From Hydrolagus affinis (taxonomy: Eukaryota), in assembly GCA_012026655.1 (NCBI GenBank), contig JAAILG010001034.1, forward strand, positions 1-64,000: a stretch of DNA of 64,000 bases, read 5' to 3'. Below are positions 37,811 to 51,152 of the stretch, in pieces. Position 1 is the stretch's first letter, and every line of letters starts with the position of its first letter. A model generated the notes under the pieces. That model was not told the DNA's origin. It saw nothing but the letters and a program-made list of their open reading frames with translations, and ran no database searches. The position numbers and the translations under genes were made by a program.

Positions 37811-39229
37811 AATCCTCATCTGACTCTTTTCAAAGCAATTGCAGTGGATGAGATATTGGTGTATGGAATGTTACCTAAGAATAATGGCCAGGTATCCAAA
37901 GATAAGAACCAAAAGTTTCATGTGCTCTCATTCTCTTCAAAGTAATTTTGTTTAAAGCCATCACTATAAGTGAAACTATGGCATATATATATGTACAATA
38001 AATATTTATTGCATGAAATATATAGTGTATAATGTCCAAACATTTGACACAGAACTGCTTCAGGTACTGTACATTTATAGGTTCTGTAGACAAATGCAGC
38101 AAAGCCCTATAAACTAAATGATCAATTTATCTGAAGGATTGTTGCTCACCACATTGGGTCAAATTTCCTGTTTTATTTCAAATGGTATCACAGCATCTTT
38201 AAAGTCAAACATAACTTCTGGGCGTGTTCACACTGGTGAAGAGAAATTTTAATGGCGATATGACTACTAATTCGACCATGATGAGCTGTTTTATCTTGTA
38301 CTCAACAGTAGAATCAGAGGACACAGCCTACGACTTATTCAGAACAAATCTGCAGAAACACTACTTCAGTGACAAGCTCCTAGGGAGACAATGGAAGTAG
38401 AAAATGTTTTCCTTTCAAGAACAAATTACATAGATTTCTGCTAAATACAAAATAATATCTCAGGATACAGTGTATTATTTGGGACATGTCAAGTGAGTGC
38501 CAGGATGGTGGAAGGCAAACTAGTTGGATCTTGGTCTTATTTTGCCTAACAAATTCTTATGTTCTCCTGTAACATTTTATCTGAAGGCTAGTACTGTACC
38601 TTGGTTAGTACAGCACACCAGAGTAGTGCATGGTTCGTGACTGTGAGTTCAGAGTCCTTACATGGGGCTTGAATCCAAAACTTTGTGGCCCAGAGGGGAG
38701 AGTTCTACCAACTGAGCCAGCCTGACATTAAAGGAATAGTGTCTGCCCACCTTCTGTGAGTAAACAGCTTCTTCACATGCGACAGCAGCCTGCTCAATGC
38801 CGTCATCCTTGGCAGCACGCCCTCCCACTTCCCAGTACATCGTCTCCTGCTTGTGCATCCTGTAGCTTAGCGCTGTCGTCATCAGATGGCTGGCACTTCT
38901 GAGCGTTTCTGTTGTCCCCCTTTGTTTAAAGCCCATCAAAGACTTGACTAAATTGCTCGTGATAAGCATTTGCAGTGTGTTGACTGCGAGCACACTCCTC
39001 TGCTTCTGAAGACATCTTCCGGTGCCCCCTTTAACTGTCTCCAATGCTGCCTGTGGCCATTGTTTTTCAAAGGCGTCACGGGATCTGTAACGTCCAACTC
39101 AAGAGGCAGATATTCTTCATTTACCATTGTATCTGATGGACAGCACCACCCAGAATGCAGGTTTAAAAAGCCTGCAAATTCAGAATAGGTCCCTTCAATT
39201 TAATTCACCATCTATACATAGCTCAGAGG

Positions 39230-39492
39230 AACGTCTTCTAGATGTCTCAAAGTGCTTCACAGAATATACTGTAAAGTGAATTGACTGTATATTTGTGGCC
39301 GAAATGCAGCAGCCAATTGAGCACAGCAGTCATAGAAACATGGTTTGAAATGACCAATTTTTTTTTCGAGAGATTATTATTAGGCAGGTAGGGTAAGGAT
39401 ACTTGTCCAAGGTTTCGCCCTGACCTGCCTGGATTCGAACACAGGTCTCACGCTTGTAAGGCGAGTGCTCTAACTACTGAGCTACAGGACTC
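39230..39492 (-). mobile_element. tRNA-derived Deu-domain SINE, short form, tail clipped
   Basis: Intact head and core. Confidence 0.88.
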
Positions 39493-40220
39493 TGGTTGTA
39501 ATGTGCTGATGCCTGTGGCAGTGTTCCTCCCTGAATGCTCCGATTTTCAATCTGCGGCCGGTTTAGGTATTTTATCTTTGAAGAGAGAGATCAGAGTTTG
39601 GGGGGTTTGGTCTCTCAGAGATGTTAGGCAAGATCGCTTGGCATTATTTCAAAGGAGAAGGGAGCTCCTCCTTGTGTCCTGGCCAACAATCCCCCAGATA
39701 AAATAGATCATTCACATGGTTGTTTGTGAAGCATTGCTGTATACAAATTGGCTGATGAGTTTAACTTCAAATATACAGTCACTATACTTACAGTGAAATC
39801 CTGTGAGGCACTTTAAGACATTCCAACAACATTATATTAAATGTAAGGATTATGATTATTATTATTCAAAACATTCATTTATTCAAATGAATGTTGTAGT
39901 TCATTGTTTGAAAAAGCTTTACACAAATAAAAAGACTCAGATGCCCTGGGGGTAAATTGCCTAGACAATTGGTCCACTGTGGTTTGGGGTCTAGTGCGTA
40001 CACTCATAATATTCCTTGTATGTTATAAAGCACCTTATCACATTGTTGAGACATGCCCTCTGTTCCAATATTGGTGATCATGTGGTGCCTTCAGCCAATA
40101 AGCCCCCAAACTCCGGAACTCTTTCCCTCAATTCCTCTGCCTTCACCCCTCCCTCCCCATCTTCAAATCCCGCCTAAAGAACATCCTTTTTGATAGTACT
40201 TATGGTCACTCTCCCCTTCA

Positions 40221-40344
40221 TCTAAAACAAAAACAGAAGTCACTGGGAACACTCAGCAGCTCAGGCAGCAGCTTTGGAGAACGGAAAAGTGAGTCAACGT
40301 TTCGGGTCCTTCGTCAGAAGGGTCCACAACCCTTTGTCTGAACT
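40221..40344 (-). mobile_element. Penelope-like/hammerhead-family fragment with rearranged stem II
   Basis: GAGTCAACGTTTCGGGTCCTTCGTCAGAAGGGTCCACAACCCTTTGTCTGAACT contains a partially duplicated core. Confidence 0.65.
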
Positions 40345-42162
40345 CCCGCCTTCATCTAACCCTGGCTCATTGTCAGACTCCGCCATTGTGAAGCACTTTG
40401 GAATGCCACTCCATGTGAAAGGCGCTCTATAAATGCAAGTTGTTGTTGTATTTTGTGCCAGAAACACAGGATCCAGTTGCGCACATTTTACCACATTGTC
40501 TTTGCACAAACACCTGCCTTTAGACTAAATGGGGAATAGGCTGATAGACCATCGAGCCTGTAGTTATCTTGCATCCACTGTGCCTACTGTAAACAAATTG
40601 TCCCCAGATGAAATCAGTGAAAAACCAAAGAACTGCCAGTGACTGCAACGAGGCAGCGGAATGATGTCGGGGACATGCTACACAATGCTAATGGCCATTT
40701 TGATTCTCTGCAGGAATTATCTGGACAAACTCGTGCGGAATTCATTACGAGATACTCTGAGCGACAGCCCCTAAAATGGTGAATTCTATCACATAAGTAA
40801 ACAGCAGCAAGAAAATATGCAAATGTTGCAGATACTGTGTGAGAAAGCTGTCCACCAGACAGGAGTTTGCAATTTGCCAGAACAGTAAGTATTACCAAAC
40901 ACCGCAGAATAAAATCTGATTTTTGATCACTTTTCCCACCTTTGCTAAAAATGTGGTTTTGAAATGGAAGCAATTTAATTGGATATTAAGTGGCTCGCAA
41001 ACTATTTGTAAAAAAAAATTAATATTCGGCAAACTAAACTCAGTACTGTACTTTACAGATCTGTGTAAAGTGATAAAGTTAAGGTTATTAGTGAATGCAT
41101 CAATCCTTCTACTGAGCTGCTCACTCTATAAAATGGTTTCCGAGTGTATTGGTTAAGTTGCTGGCAAATGAATGCAGCAGAATTTATACTGGCAACATAA
41201 CAGAGCTCAACACCAATCCAGACGTGCAATTTAATATACCCGTAACATGAAATGCTTGATTTCACACCTGCTCGAACTTCCATACTCATTTCTTTCTTCT
41301 GTGATTTTAATTTTGATGCTGCTGCCTGATACATTTTTATTAATTCAAGAGCATTAACAAAGAGCATTGCCTGCAGGAGAAACACAGCTTTTAACACAAT
41401 AAACACAAAAACTCCTTTTTTGCCCTTCTGCGTTCAAGGCAACCAATTCATACCTAAACCTCCAAAACAAATAAGATTCATTATTCCTCAATATAAATAT
41501 TGTATATTGTATCACATTCATATTTTAAGTACTTAGAAAAAAAACTCAGTAGAATATCTTCTCTCTTTACTCAATGTTTGCTTTGCTGAGCAACTCAAAG
41601 GAGAATCTCCCTTCTGACTGAAGCAGAATAATGGTCTTGTTCCAGCAATCTGGCATTTAATCTATCCATTTCCCCCCAATAAAGGGATGATGTACTATGA
41701 AAAGGCTGTTCCAAAAAAACAAATCAATCGGGACCAACCTATATCAGATCTTGCTAAGACGTGATGATTCAGATCCAAAGTGGCAAGTTGTCTGGTTTGT
41801 CAGCAGTTCATCGGAATAGAATTGAACTGCAATCCTGAGAGGAAAGATGCAAAAGATCTACTGGACCCAAACCTCAATCACTACTGTTTCCTCAACACTG
41901 ATAAAACTAGAGGGCAAAGAGAGGCCAGTACGGCAAGATGAAGTGGCTTTACAGAGGTGAGTTTAGCTGTACCAGGATGAAATGGCTTTATTTCCAAACA
42001 AATGATATGACATTCAATGTCAGTGCCTCACTGACACAGCAAAACTCCAAAGACCAAAAACCAGGAGCAAGGGGAAATAATAGCACTGCCATTGTCCAGC
42101 GCTCAACAAGACTAACACTCCCTCCTGCTAAAAATACTGGGTATCACATATTTTCAAAGTGA

Positions 42163-42806
42163 TAATGATAATAGTAAAATCCTTGCATTTGATATAGTTC
42201 CTTATCATGTCTTCGAGACATCTCAATACACTTCACAGAATAACAATAATAATCCTTGCATTTGATATAGCGTTTTCACGTCTTCTAGACGTTTCAAAGA
42301 GCTTTACAGAATATAAAGTGTAAAGAGAATTGACTGTATATTTGTGGGCAAAATGCGGCAGCCAATTGTGCACAGCAAACAGTGGTGGATTGAAATGACC
42401 AATTTATTATTGTTTTATTTGAGGGATTATTATTAGGTGTGTGGAGAGAAAGGAATCTTGTCTAAGGCGAGTGCTCTAACCACTGAGCTACAGGACTACA
42501 CAATACTATAGAATATACTGTAAATTGAATTGACTGTTTTTTTTTCATACGCAAAATGTGGCAGCCAAATGTGCACAGCAGTGCTCCACAAACAGTCATG
42601 GATTGAGTGAACAATTATTTGATGGAATTATTTCTTCCAGGAAAGCGATCTGCCAATCAACTAACAATCGGGTTCCTCTTACTGCTAGGTAAACAGATGC
42701 GTGTGGAGTAAGAAAGCTTGCCCAACATTTTACCATGCCTGGGAATTGAGCCCAGGTCCTCTGGCTTGACAGGTGAGTGCTCTATCCATTAAACTGCAGG
42801 ATTCCT
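42163..42806 (-). mobile_element. Long-form SINE (42163-42240 plus ~42510-42806) with a nested short-form SINE (~42241-42498)
   Basis: The outer copy breaks at CTTCACAGAATA and resumes at AGAATATACTGTAAA; a complete second copy lies between. Confidence 0.82.
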
Positions 42807-43729
42807 ACTACTGTAGTTTTACTCCAATCATCTACTAGGTTTATTCCTCCAACCTAGATCCATTTACAGCCTTTCCATCTTGCTTTTCTCATCCCATGTT
42901 TCTGACTGCTCCAGAGCTCAGCCAAAATGGCAGATAGAGTCATGACAGAATATGTAACACGAATGGCTCTCTCGCGGACTGTTTACATGATTTTACAGCA
43001 ATGTCATATTTCCCCTGCTAACACATGGCAACACTACACATATACAGTGCGCACTCTGGTAAGTAAAATGTATATGTGAAATGTTTAAATATTTAAAACC
43101 TACAGCTTTCTGACTTCCATTAGTATTCCCCAGAGTTCACTAAGTTTCAAGGTATCCTGTGAACTACTCAGATTCAGTCTGGCCATTCGAAATCACATGC
43201 TTTGTCTATGGGCTCCAAACATATTTCCATCATCCCATAAGATTATGTTTGGAAACTACACAAAAAGGGTTAAAGTGAAAGACAGAATCGAATTGTGATT
43301 TGCACGGTTCCTCAGAATATGCACAATGTCTGTGTTTGCATCTACCTTCCTCATGTTGCCTCAGCCATTTTGCAGTCAAGTTATGCTATTTCTGTGGATA
43401 TAGATGTTCAAACAGCGCTGAGGTGAAACGTTTACGTTACAAAATCAAAATGGTGGAGAGATGAGTAAATGGTCGATGAAATTCATCAAAGTCAGTTTCC
43501 AAACAGCAGAGAGTGCAATACTCTGATGTTCAGTAATCATTTTGCTTTTCACTCATTTTGCACAAAATGTATTCAGCAATATTGACTATTCCTTTTGTGT
43601 TTTTTCACAGTTGTGCTTCTGTGATATTTTATTTGAACCACAGACTATTTACAGCACAAAAGACCATTTGGCCTATTCTGACTGCGCTGCTTCAAACCTC
43701 GTGTGCTGAAGCCATCTAATCTAATCTCA

Positions 43730-43922
43730 GAAATCGCTGGGAACACTCAGCAGGTCAGGCAGCATCTATGGAGAGAGGAAAATGTGTCAAATTTTCAGAT
43801 CCTGGACCCGAAACATTGACTCACTGTCCTTTCCCCATAGATGCTGCCTGACCTGCTGAGTTTTTCCAGCAATTTCTGTTTTTGTTTCAGACTTCCAGCT
43901 CCTGTAGTATTTTGCATTTTAT
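43730..43922. mobile_element. Fold-back (palindromic) Penelope-like/hammerhead-family insert with 13-bp TSD
   Basis: TAATCTAATCTCA at 43717-43729 and 43923-43935. Left arm CTCAGCAGGTCAGGCAGCATCTATGG is the reverse complement of right arm CCATAGATGCTGCCTGACCTGCTGAG. Confidence 0.82.
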
Positions 43923-45579
43923 TAATCTAATCTCATTCCCTATAATCTCACTATAACCCTTAATAATTAGGTTTCTTAGAATATTTATCCCATTATCTTT
44001 TCAATACTTTTATCAGCTGGCCAGAGCATATTCTAACATGTAAAAACAATTCTTCAATCGCATCCTTTATACATCCTTTATTCTTACATTAATTATTAAT
44101 CTATGCCCTTTTATTACTAATCAGTGGAAATATTTGCAAGTCTCTATAGTCTCAAAGTCTGTTTCTACCCTATAAAAGCCATTCATAACTTTCACATCTC
44201 TCCTATATTCCCCATTATCTCATTTGTTGCCTTATTTTCTCTTATTTCATTTTTGCTTTATCTAAATTTTATTTTTCTTTGTCATATTTCAAATTTATAT
44301 CCCTCCAATTTATATCAAAAGCTCAACGAGAAACATTGCAGAGATTTTATTTAAAATGAACAGAATTAAAGAATTCTGACCCTGAAAGGTGGTGAATGGA
44401 CACATTACTCTGTGAGCCATTGCAGATTCAATGGGCTGAATGGCCTCTTTCTGCGCTTTTTTTATTATGATTCTATGAACATTAGAGTTGTAGCCTTGGT
44501 TTCAATCTGGCCATTTTTGTGCCACAATTTTATTCCTGTAGATTTCATAAATAATAATAATCATCTTTTCATTTGATACAAGTGCCTTTCATTTCGGGAA
44601 GACATTTCAAAGCCCTACACAGGATTTTATAGTAATGTGTTCTGTCTGTGGATGCTGCACACTGTATTTTGCCTGGATTGCCAAACATCTATTATCACCC
44701 TATATTTCAACTTCCCTCAGGAATTTTCCTCGCTCATCTTTTTCCTCCCTGACAATTAGCTTCGGCAGTTCTACAACAACAACAACAACAACAAAATGAC
44801 ACTTGTATAGCACTTTTCACATCATACATGAAATAAAGACTTTTGAAAGTTCATGCTCCCTTAATAATGTTAACTTATTTTTGCCATGTTTTCAGATACC
44901 AGAATATGAGATCTCTATATTTTTAGCTTTGAAGTTTGCCCTTTCAAATCCTTTTTGGTTGAAATTTCTCTGAGATTAAAATCCTACGAAGGCATCATTA
45001 CCGTTTGGTTAAGGACAATGCCAAACTGGTATTCTCTTTCTAACCTGTGTTAATAATATTAATAATAACGTTTTCTTTTTCAATTGTAATGTGGAATCTT
45101 TAATATCCACCTGAACTTGCAGATCATTTTCCTCACCTTCAGAATAGTGTCCTTTTCTATTGTTTTCCATTCATTTATTCCATTGGATTTACCCTGCCTG
45201 GATCACACACTAATTTTGGCTGAGCAGTGGTTCTGCTAGGAGGTTCTGAACCAATTTCAAAGAAGTTGTTTGAGAACAAGGATAATTCTCTAGTCGCTTT
45301 TTGGCTCCAACCATGTGGGAAAGTCCTGACCTTCTACTATACAGAACCCATAGTGTTCGTAGAACAGAAATCTAGCAGTGTACAGCATCTAGCATAGAAA
45401 TAACTTAGGATTCAAATAGCTGATGTAGCACCATTGCTTTATGGAAACTGAAATGCAGAGTCTGAGTTTGATTTTAGCCTCAACATTGTTTTAAAATATA
45501 ATATCCTACACAGCTTTGGAAATACTTCAAATAAGTTTCATTTCATTGTATTATTATTTTACCCCAAATTTGATTTGGT

Positions 45580-45925
45580 GCCTTTTCACATCCCAAATTC
45601 TTCACATGATTTACTGTAAAGGGCATTAGCAGTTCATTTGTAGGCAATTGTGGCATCTAATTTATACACAGCATTGTCCCACAAACAGCCATGAAGTGAA
45701 TGATCGATTTTATTTAGAGGATTGCTGGCCAGGACACTGGGGGAAACTCCCACCCTCAGTTGAATGCTTCAGTTGACAGACATCACCTCTGATGGTGAAG
45801 CTCTCCCCAGCGCTGAGCTGGAGTGTCAGCCTGGACTATGTGTTTAAAGTCCCAATCTGGGGGCTTGAACCCAGAACCTTCAGATTCAGGGGCAAGAGTT
45901 TTACCAACTGAGCCAGGCAGATACC
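45580..45925 (-). mobile_element. Older Deu-SINE
   Basis: GGAGTGTCAGCCTGGACTATGTG...GGGCTTGAACCCAGAACCTTCAGA...ACCAACTGAGCCAGGC. Confidence 0.75.
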
Positions 45926-46167
45926 ATTCAGAACAAATTAAGAATTCCAAATGAACTTAAATCGTAAACCAAAAGTCTTAAGTCTAAGTCCATCAGAAAT
46001 GTTGGGCCTCCAATCTTTTTGTACCTGATATGGGATCTAATATTTGTTGATTTCAAATGGGATTCTTCAATAAGAAGACAAGGGAGGATCGTAGCTGATA
46101 ACAGGAAACAGATCACACTGGCTCGCAAGAACTTTGCTCTGAAAGCAGCTTGTTTAAGAGCTGGAAT

Positions 46168-46360
46168 ATTAATAATAATATTCCTTGCATTTGATATAGC
46201 ACTACATCAAATATTTACAGAATATACTGTAAAGTGAATTGACTGTATATTGTGGGCTAATCGTGGCAGCCAATTGCGCACAGAAGTGTCCCACAGACAG
46301 TCGTGGATTGAAAATGACCAATTTTTATTCATGTGTTTTTTGGGAGGGATTATTATTATT
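46168..46360 (-). mobile_element. tRNA/Deu SINE 3' two-thirds
   Basis: Tail and core, no head. Confidence 0.82.
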
Positions 46361-46467
46361 AATATGCATGCAGTGATCCCCAAAAGTTTTCTTGACAAAC
46401 CTCCAGTTTCCATATTAGGAAATTCCATTGGAAATATTCACATACGAGATTCCATTGTGAATGCACT

Positions 46468-46587
46468 TCACCCACAAATTATACAATCAATTTGCTTTAC
46501 AGTCTCTTCTGTGAAGCGCTTTGAGACATCGTGAAGATATATGTATATGTAAGACGCTATATCTAATGCAAGGATTATTATTATTAG
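46468..46587 (+). mobile_element. tRNA/Deu SINE 3' fragment
   Basis: CTGTGAAGCGCTTTGAGACATC...ATGCAAGGATTATTA. Confidence 0.75.
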
Positions 46588-47680
46588 TTTTTTTTTAAAT
46601 TGTTCCTTCAATTAACATTGTCCACAATGTTATGTAATAAGACAATATTATATAGTTCTGTGAAGGCTGTTCTCCGCTGTGGTACAATCAGAACCACTCA
46701 GCTATTGCACACTCTTTGTCGGCATCCTTGCTTCAATAATCTGAATAATAAACAAAGAGATGCAATTGATAGAGAAAAACAAAGACGATATGCTATTCCA
46801 CAGATGTGAGCAATATCTTATACATACTGCTATTTGGACAAGCTGTAGCATTAATCACTTTTCAATGAAGTTTATGGTAAATGCATTTTAGCACGCAACT
46901 TTTATTCATATGAAAATCTTATTATAAAATTAATCCTGAAGCTCTGCTTATTTTTAAAACATTGTACTGACACTCGCTTCCCCCTACTGCATGGCAAACT
47001 CTCAATTAAAGGCCTGTGTCCATGAGACTGAATTCAGTTCCTTCAGGGTGCATCAGTGTGGGCGTGGGTGCCAATACAACATGCCTCAGAGTGACTCAAG
47101 GCACCGTTTTAATTATTCTGTTTAGAGGTGAAAAGCAGCTCTTTGCAGTGCAGCATAGATATGCAAATGCTAATTTAACCGAGTTTCCAGGATACTGTCA
47201 CAGTGGACCTTAGAATTGTCGAGAGAGGGGAAGAAATGTCTTCTGAAATGACACGGTGCAAATGCCATTGTCACTGTTCGTTTCAGCCACAATACAGAGA
47301 TGAAAATTGAAATGTTTTTAGAAAGTTGTGATGTGATCATGTCAAATCTGTTAAGAGTTACAATTTTCAATATATTAATAACGCTTTGGTTGTGGGTGTG
47401 AACTCCCCCTCACCTTATAATATTAATCTCTGCATTTATTATGCTGTTGAAGTAACTCGAACGCTTCACATGAAGTGTAGTGACTCTATATCTGCAAGTG
47501 CTATTGGCACTATGGGTGAGGCTAAGGCCTGTGAGATTACCTCTGTGCTATTGTTTCTGCGTCTTCGGACGTCCTCCCAATGTGAAAGGCTATAAATGTA
47601 ATTTTGTTGTTGTTGTTGTTTTGTAGCCACAATTGTCCCCGATCACTTAATGAAGCTGATGTACATTGATTTAGCACTTA

Positions 47681-47944
47681 ATAATAATAATACCTGCATT
47701 TGATATAGCGCTTTTCACATCTTATTGACGTCTCAAAGTGCTTCACAGAATATACTGTAAAGTGAATTGACTGTATATTTGTGAATATACTGTAATATAA
47801 AGTGAATTGACTGTATATATGTGGGCGAAACGCAGCAGCCAATTACGCACAGCAGTGTCCCACAAATAGTCGTGGATTGAAGTGACCAATTTTTTTTGAG
47901 GGATTATTATTAGGTATGTGGAGTGAGGAAATTTACCCAAAGTT
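47681..47944 (-). mobile_element. tRNA/Deu SINE lacking head, with internal tandem duplication
   Basis: GAATATACTGTAA..AGTGAATTGACTGTATAT occurs twice (47748-47819). Confidence 0.85.
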
Positions 47945-49063
47945 TATTATTATTTAGCACTTAACTAACCAGCCACTGCATGTGGGTGTTTCCACTGCTT
48001 CGTTTAGTCTCCACCCACTCCTTACTCGCTTCCATACCCTTCCATTCCCTGCCCCCTCATATGATTGGATCTGCTTTTGTCGGACGCCAATTAACCCTGG
48101 ATGTCAGGTAAATTGAACAGAATGGCTGTCCCCAGTTGAACAAGATATCATTACCTGTCGTAAGTATTTACTTGCTGAAATGCGGCAGCCAATTGTACAC
48201 AGCTAGGTAAGTTAACCTTATCCAACCCTTTTACAATTATAAACAACTCTTGAACGTCTCTTCTCCAGCGACAAAAGGCCTAATATTATCATACTAAACC
48301 TACATTGTATTCTTTCCATCGCTATTACATCCCTCTTGTAGTGTGACAATCAACTAAAGTTATTGAAGTGCTGTGCTCCAACATTGGCAACAAAAACTGT
48401 GCTGTCTGACAGCAGTAAAAATAGAGACACTGAAAGCTTCGCACCAGATTTGGAATGAACCATTATGTTCGAGTTAACGGAGAGGAGGAGGTTTCAAATC
48501 ATGGAATAGTTGTAGATGGGAAACCTAAAGCTTCAGAAAACTGTTTACCTGTTGTATCCTTGATCCTGATAATTCAAGCGAGCCTCCCTACTTGAAGAAG
48601 GCTATTTAAAAGCAAGTTGCTATTGTTTTTGTGGATGATGGAATTTTATTTTAATACACAGGACAACTCGGTCTATATTAATCCCTGTTAATGAGGGTAT
48701 AGCTCTGGCACAAGGGACCAAAATTGCATGTGGCACATCTAAGGATCATCTGTTTCAAGGTGGGGCAAGCGAGTGTCCATTCCATGTAAGAGTTTGTTCT
48801 ACAGCTGAGCAGAATTGGAAGCAGGTCTTCCATTCAATGCTCTCACACAGCAACTATTCCAAATGCACGCTTGCACGTGCAAAACATATGAGCGGACGGG
48901 CGGACTCCATCGGACAGTCTGCAAACGTGCAAAGAACAAAAGCTGATTTTTTTGGGGTAGGGGTTAAATTTTTTTAAAATAAAATGGAAAGAGAGACTTG
49001 TCACTGAGCTGCCATCACTACCCAATGAACACTAAATAATAAACAATTGTTGTTTTTAAAGGA

Positions 49064-49338
49064 ACAACAACAACAAAATTACATTTATAGAGCGCCTTTC
49101 ACATCAGGAGTATATCCCAAGATGCTGAACAGTCAGGTCCGGAGCTGAGCAAGGGAGAGGGGCAGGGGAGGGACGGGAGAGAGTTGGGAGGGGAGGGAGA
49201 GAGTTGGAAGGCCAGCAGAAGGCTTAATTGAAGAGGAGGGTCTTGAGATTGTCCTTGAAGGAGGCGAGGGAGGAAGCGAGGTGAAGGAACTTTGGGATGG
49301 AGTTCCAGAATGTGGGGGCAGAGAGGCTGAAAGCCCGT
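49064..49338 (-). mobile_element. L2 3' UTR fragment
   Basis: Aligns to 25888-26150. Confidence 0.82.
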
Positions 49339-49854
49339 GTAAGTGCGTTCCAGAGAGGATTGGAATGAAATGGCTAGCAAGACACTGCAATATAATTCAA
49401 ATAGGTTTGGCAGCACAAGATTTCAGGGCACCAAAATATATCAGTATTCTCTCAGCCACTTCCCTCCCTACCCCTACGGTAAACAACAATGCAATGTGGC
49501 AAAAAGAGGGATATAAAAAAACTTGTATTGGGTAAAAATGTAGGTGATGCATGTATTTGTCATGACATGAACATGATTGATTTTTGCTTATTATCTAGAA
49601 TGCCCCCTGCTCGAAAAATATAAAGACAAATGTAGTCATTCAACTTCAAATAATTGACTGCATTCTTAGGATAATGTGTGCACTTCAACAAAACAGATCA
49701 CTGATCATCTGTAATAGTATTAATAATCTTAGGTTTTCTCTGTCCCTGTGGTGGCAGCTTCATTGAGAAAACCATCAATGAATGATCAGATTTTCCTTAA
49801 TGGAAATATATTGACTCTATACGAAAAGCACTATATAAATGCAAGTTGTTGTTC

Positions 49855-50058
49855 CATCAATTAACACATTTCTTCCCTTGTCTTCTTTGTCTTCCTTCTC
49901 CTGCATCCCCCTCTCTAATTTGTCCTTAAAAACCTCTCCCTCCCAACATACCCCAGTTCTGATGAAGGGTCGTGGACCCGAAACGTTGACTCACTTTCCT
50001 TTCTCCATGGATGCTGCCTGACCTGCTGAGTTTTCCCAGCAACTTTTGTTTTTGTTGT
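49855..50058 (+). mobile_element. Penelope-like/hammerhead-family repeat (best-preserved core)
   Basis: Reverse-complement match to 15420-15640 and 28740-28960. Confidence 0.8.
49955..49991 (+). ncRNA. Minimal type I hammerhead ribozyme motif (perfect stems)
   Basis: AGTT CTGATGA A GGGTC GTG GACCC GAAA CG TT GACT: stem I AGUU/GACU, perfect 5-bp stem II, palindromic AACGUU stem III, GUU cleavage triplet. Confidence 0.7.
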
Positions 50059-50944
50059 TATAGTGATCTATTTGCAACTTCAGATGACAAAGAATGGTTT
50101 AAGCGAAATCATACTGAAAAAAATGCTTTTAAAGCATATTCCAAAAAGCTTTCCTCTTCCATAGAACATACAAAGCCTAGCCTGTTGTAGACACCACTCC
50201 ACCCCTGAATTTCTAAGCAGAATCTTCTGAAAACATAGCTCTCTTCCAAAACAGTCACCCATCCCTCATATCCTTGTATTAAACCTGGCCTGTTACCCTC
50301 CACAGAAATAAATTTCCTCTCCAGGTCCATTTTGGGCGAGAGCAGTTAGATAACCAAGGTGTGTCCTTCCCCCATGTATCAGATACCTGGTTAACCAAAA
50401 AATAAATCAGATCCATTAAATGGATATATCAGATTAGACTATTTGTTCATCGTAAGTTCACTTTAGTATAAATGTATCCAACAATTTACTTATTCCATCT
50501 ATTAATTAATCAACAGATCAACTGCGTTTATTAAGCACCTGTTCCGTTTTTCCATCAAGCAAATTTACATTATTTCAGGAGTTGAAATGACAGTACTGTA
50601 ATAACCTACTCATGCCTTTTGAGAATTTCTGTTGCTATAATGTTTGTGTTTGTTGCTGAATTACTTTGTGAGCCAGAAACCTAAACTGGTGGCCGAGGAA
50701 CACTTGGGTTTGCCTCAATCTGCTGGTAGCCCAAAGGTTAAGTACAAGTAGAAGTACAGTACATGTAAAACAAACTCTTAACGAAATTTGCAGATGAGTG
50801 TGATCATCATTCTCAGTCGGGTTAAAATCTTTAGTTTGGACATTTGCCTACAAAATACACAGTCACTACACATTATAGTAAATCCTATGAAGCACTTAGT
50901 GGCATCCTCCTGGGCATGAAAGGCATTATATCAAATACAAGGCT

Positions 50945-51152
50945 TCATAGAATCATAGAATCTTACGGCACAAAAGAAGGCCATTTGGCCCATCAAGTCT
51001 GTGTCAGCTCTCTGGAAAGAGCAACTCAATCCCACTCCCTTGCTCTCTCCCCATAACCGTGCAACCGTCCTCCCCAAATAAACGTCTACCTCTCTTTTAA
51101 CAGTTGTTATCGAATTGGTCTCCACCACCTTTTCAGGCAATGCATTTCAGAT
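50945..51152 (-). mobile_element. CR1 LINE 3' end with (GATTCTAT)n tail
   Basis: CATAGAATCATAGAATC...GAAGGCCATTTGGCCCATC...TCCACCACCTTTTCAGGCA is a typical fish/shark CR1 terminus. Confidence 0.8.
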
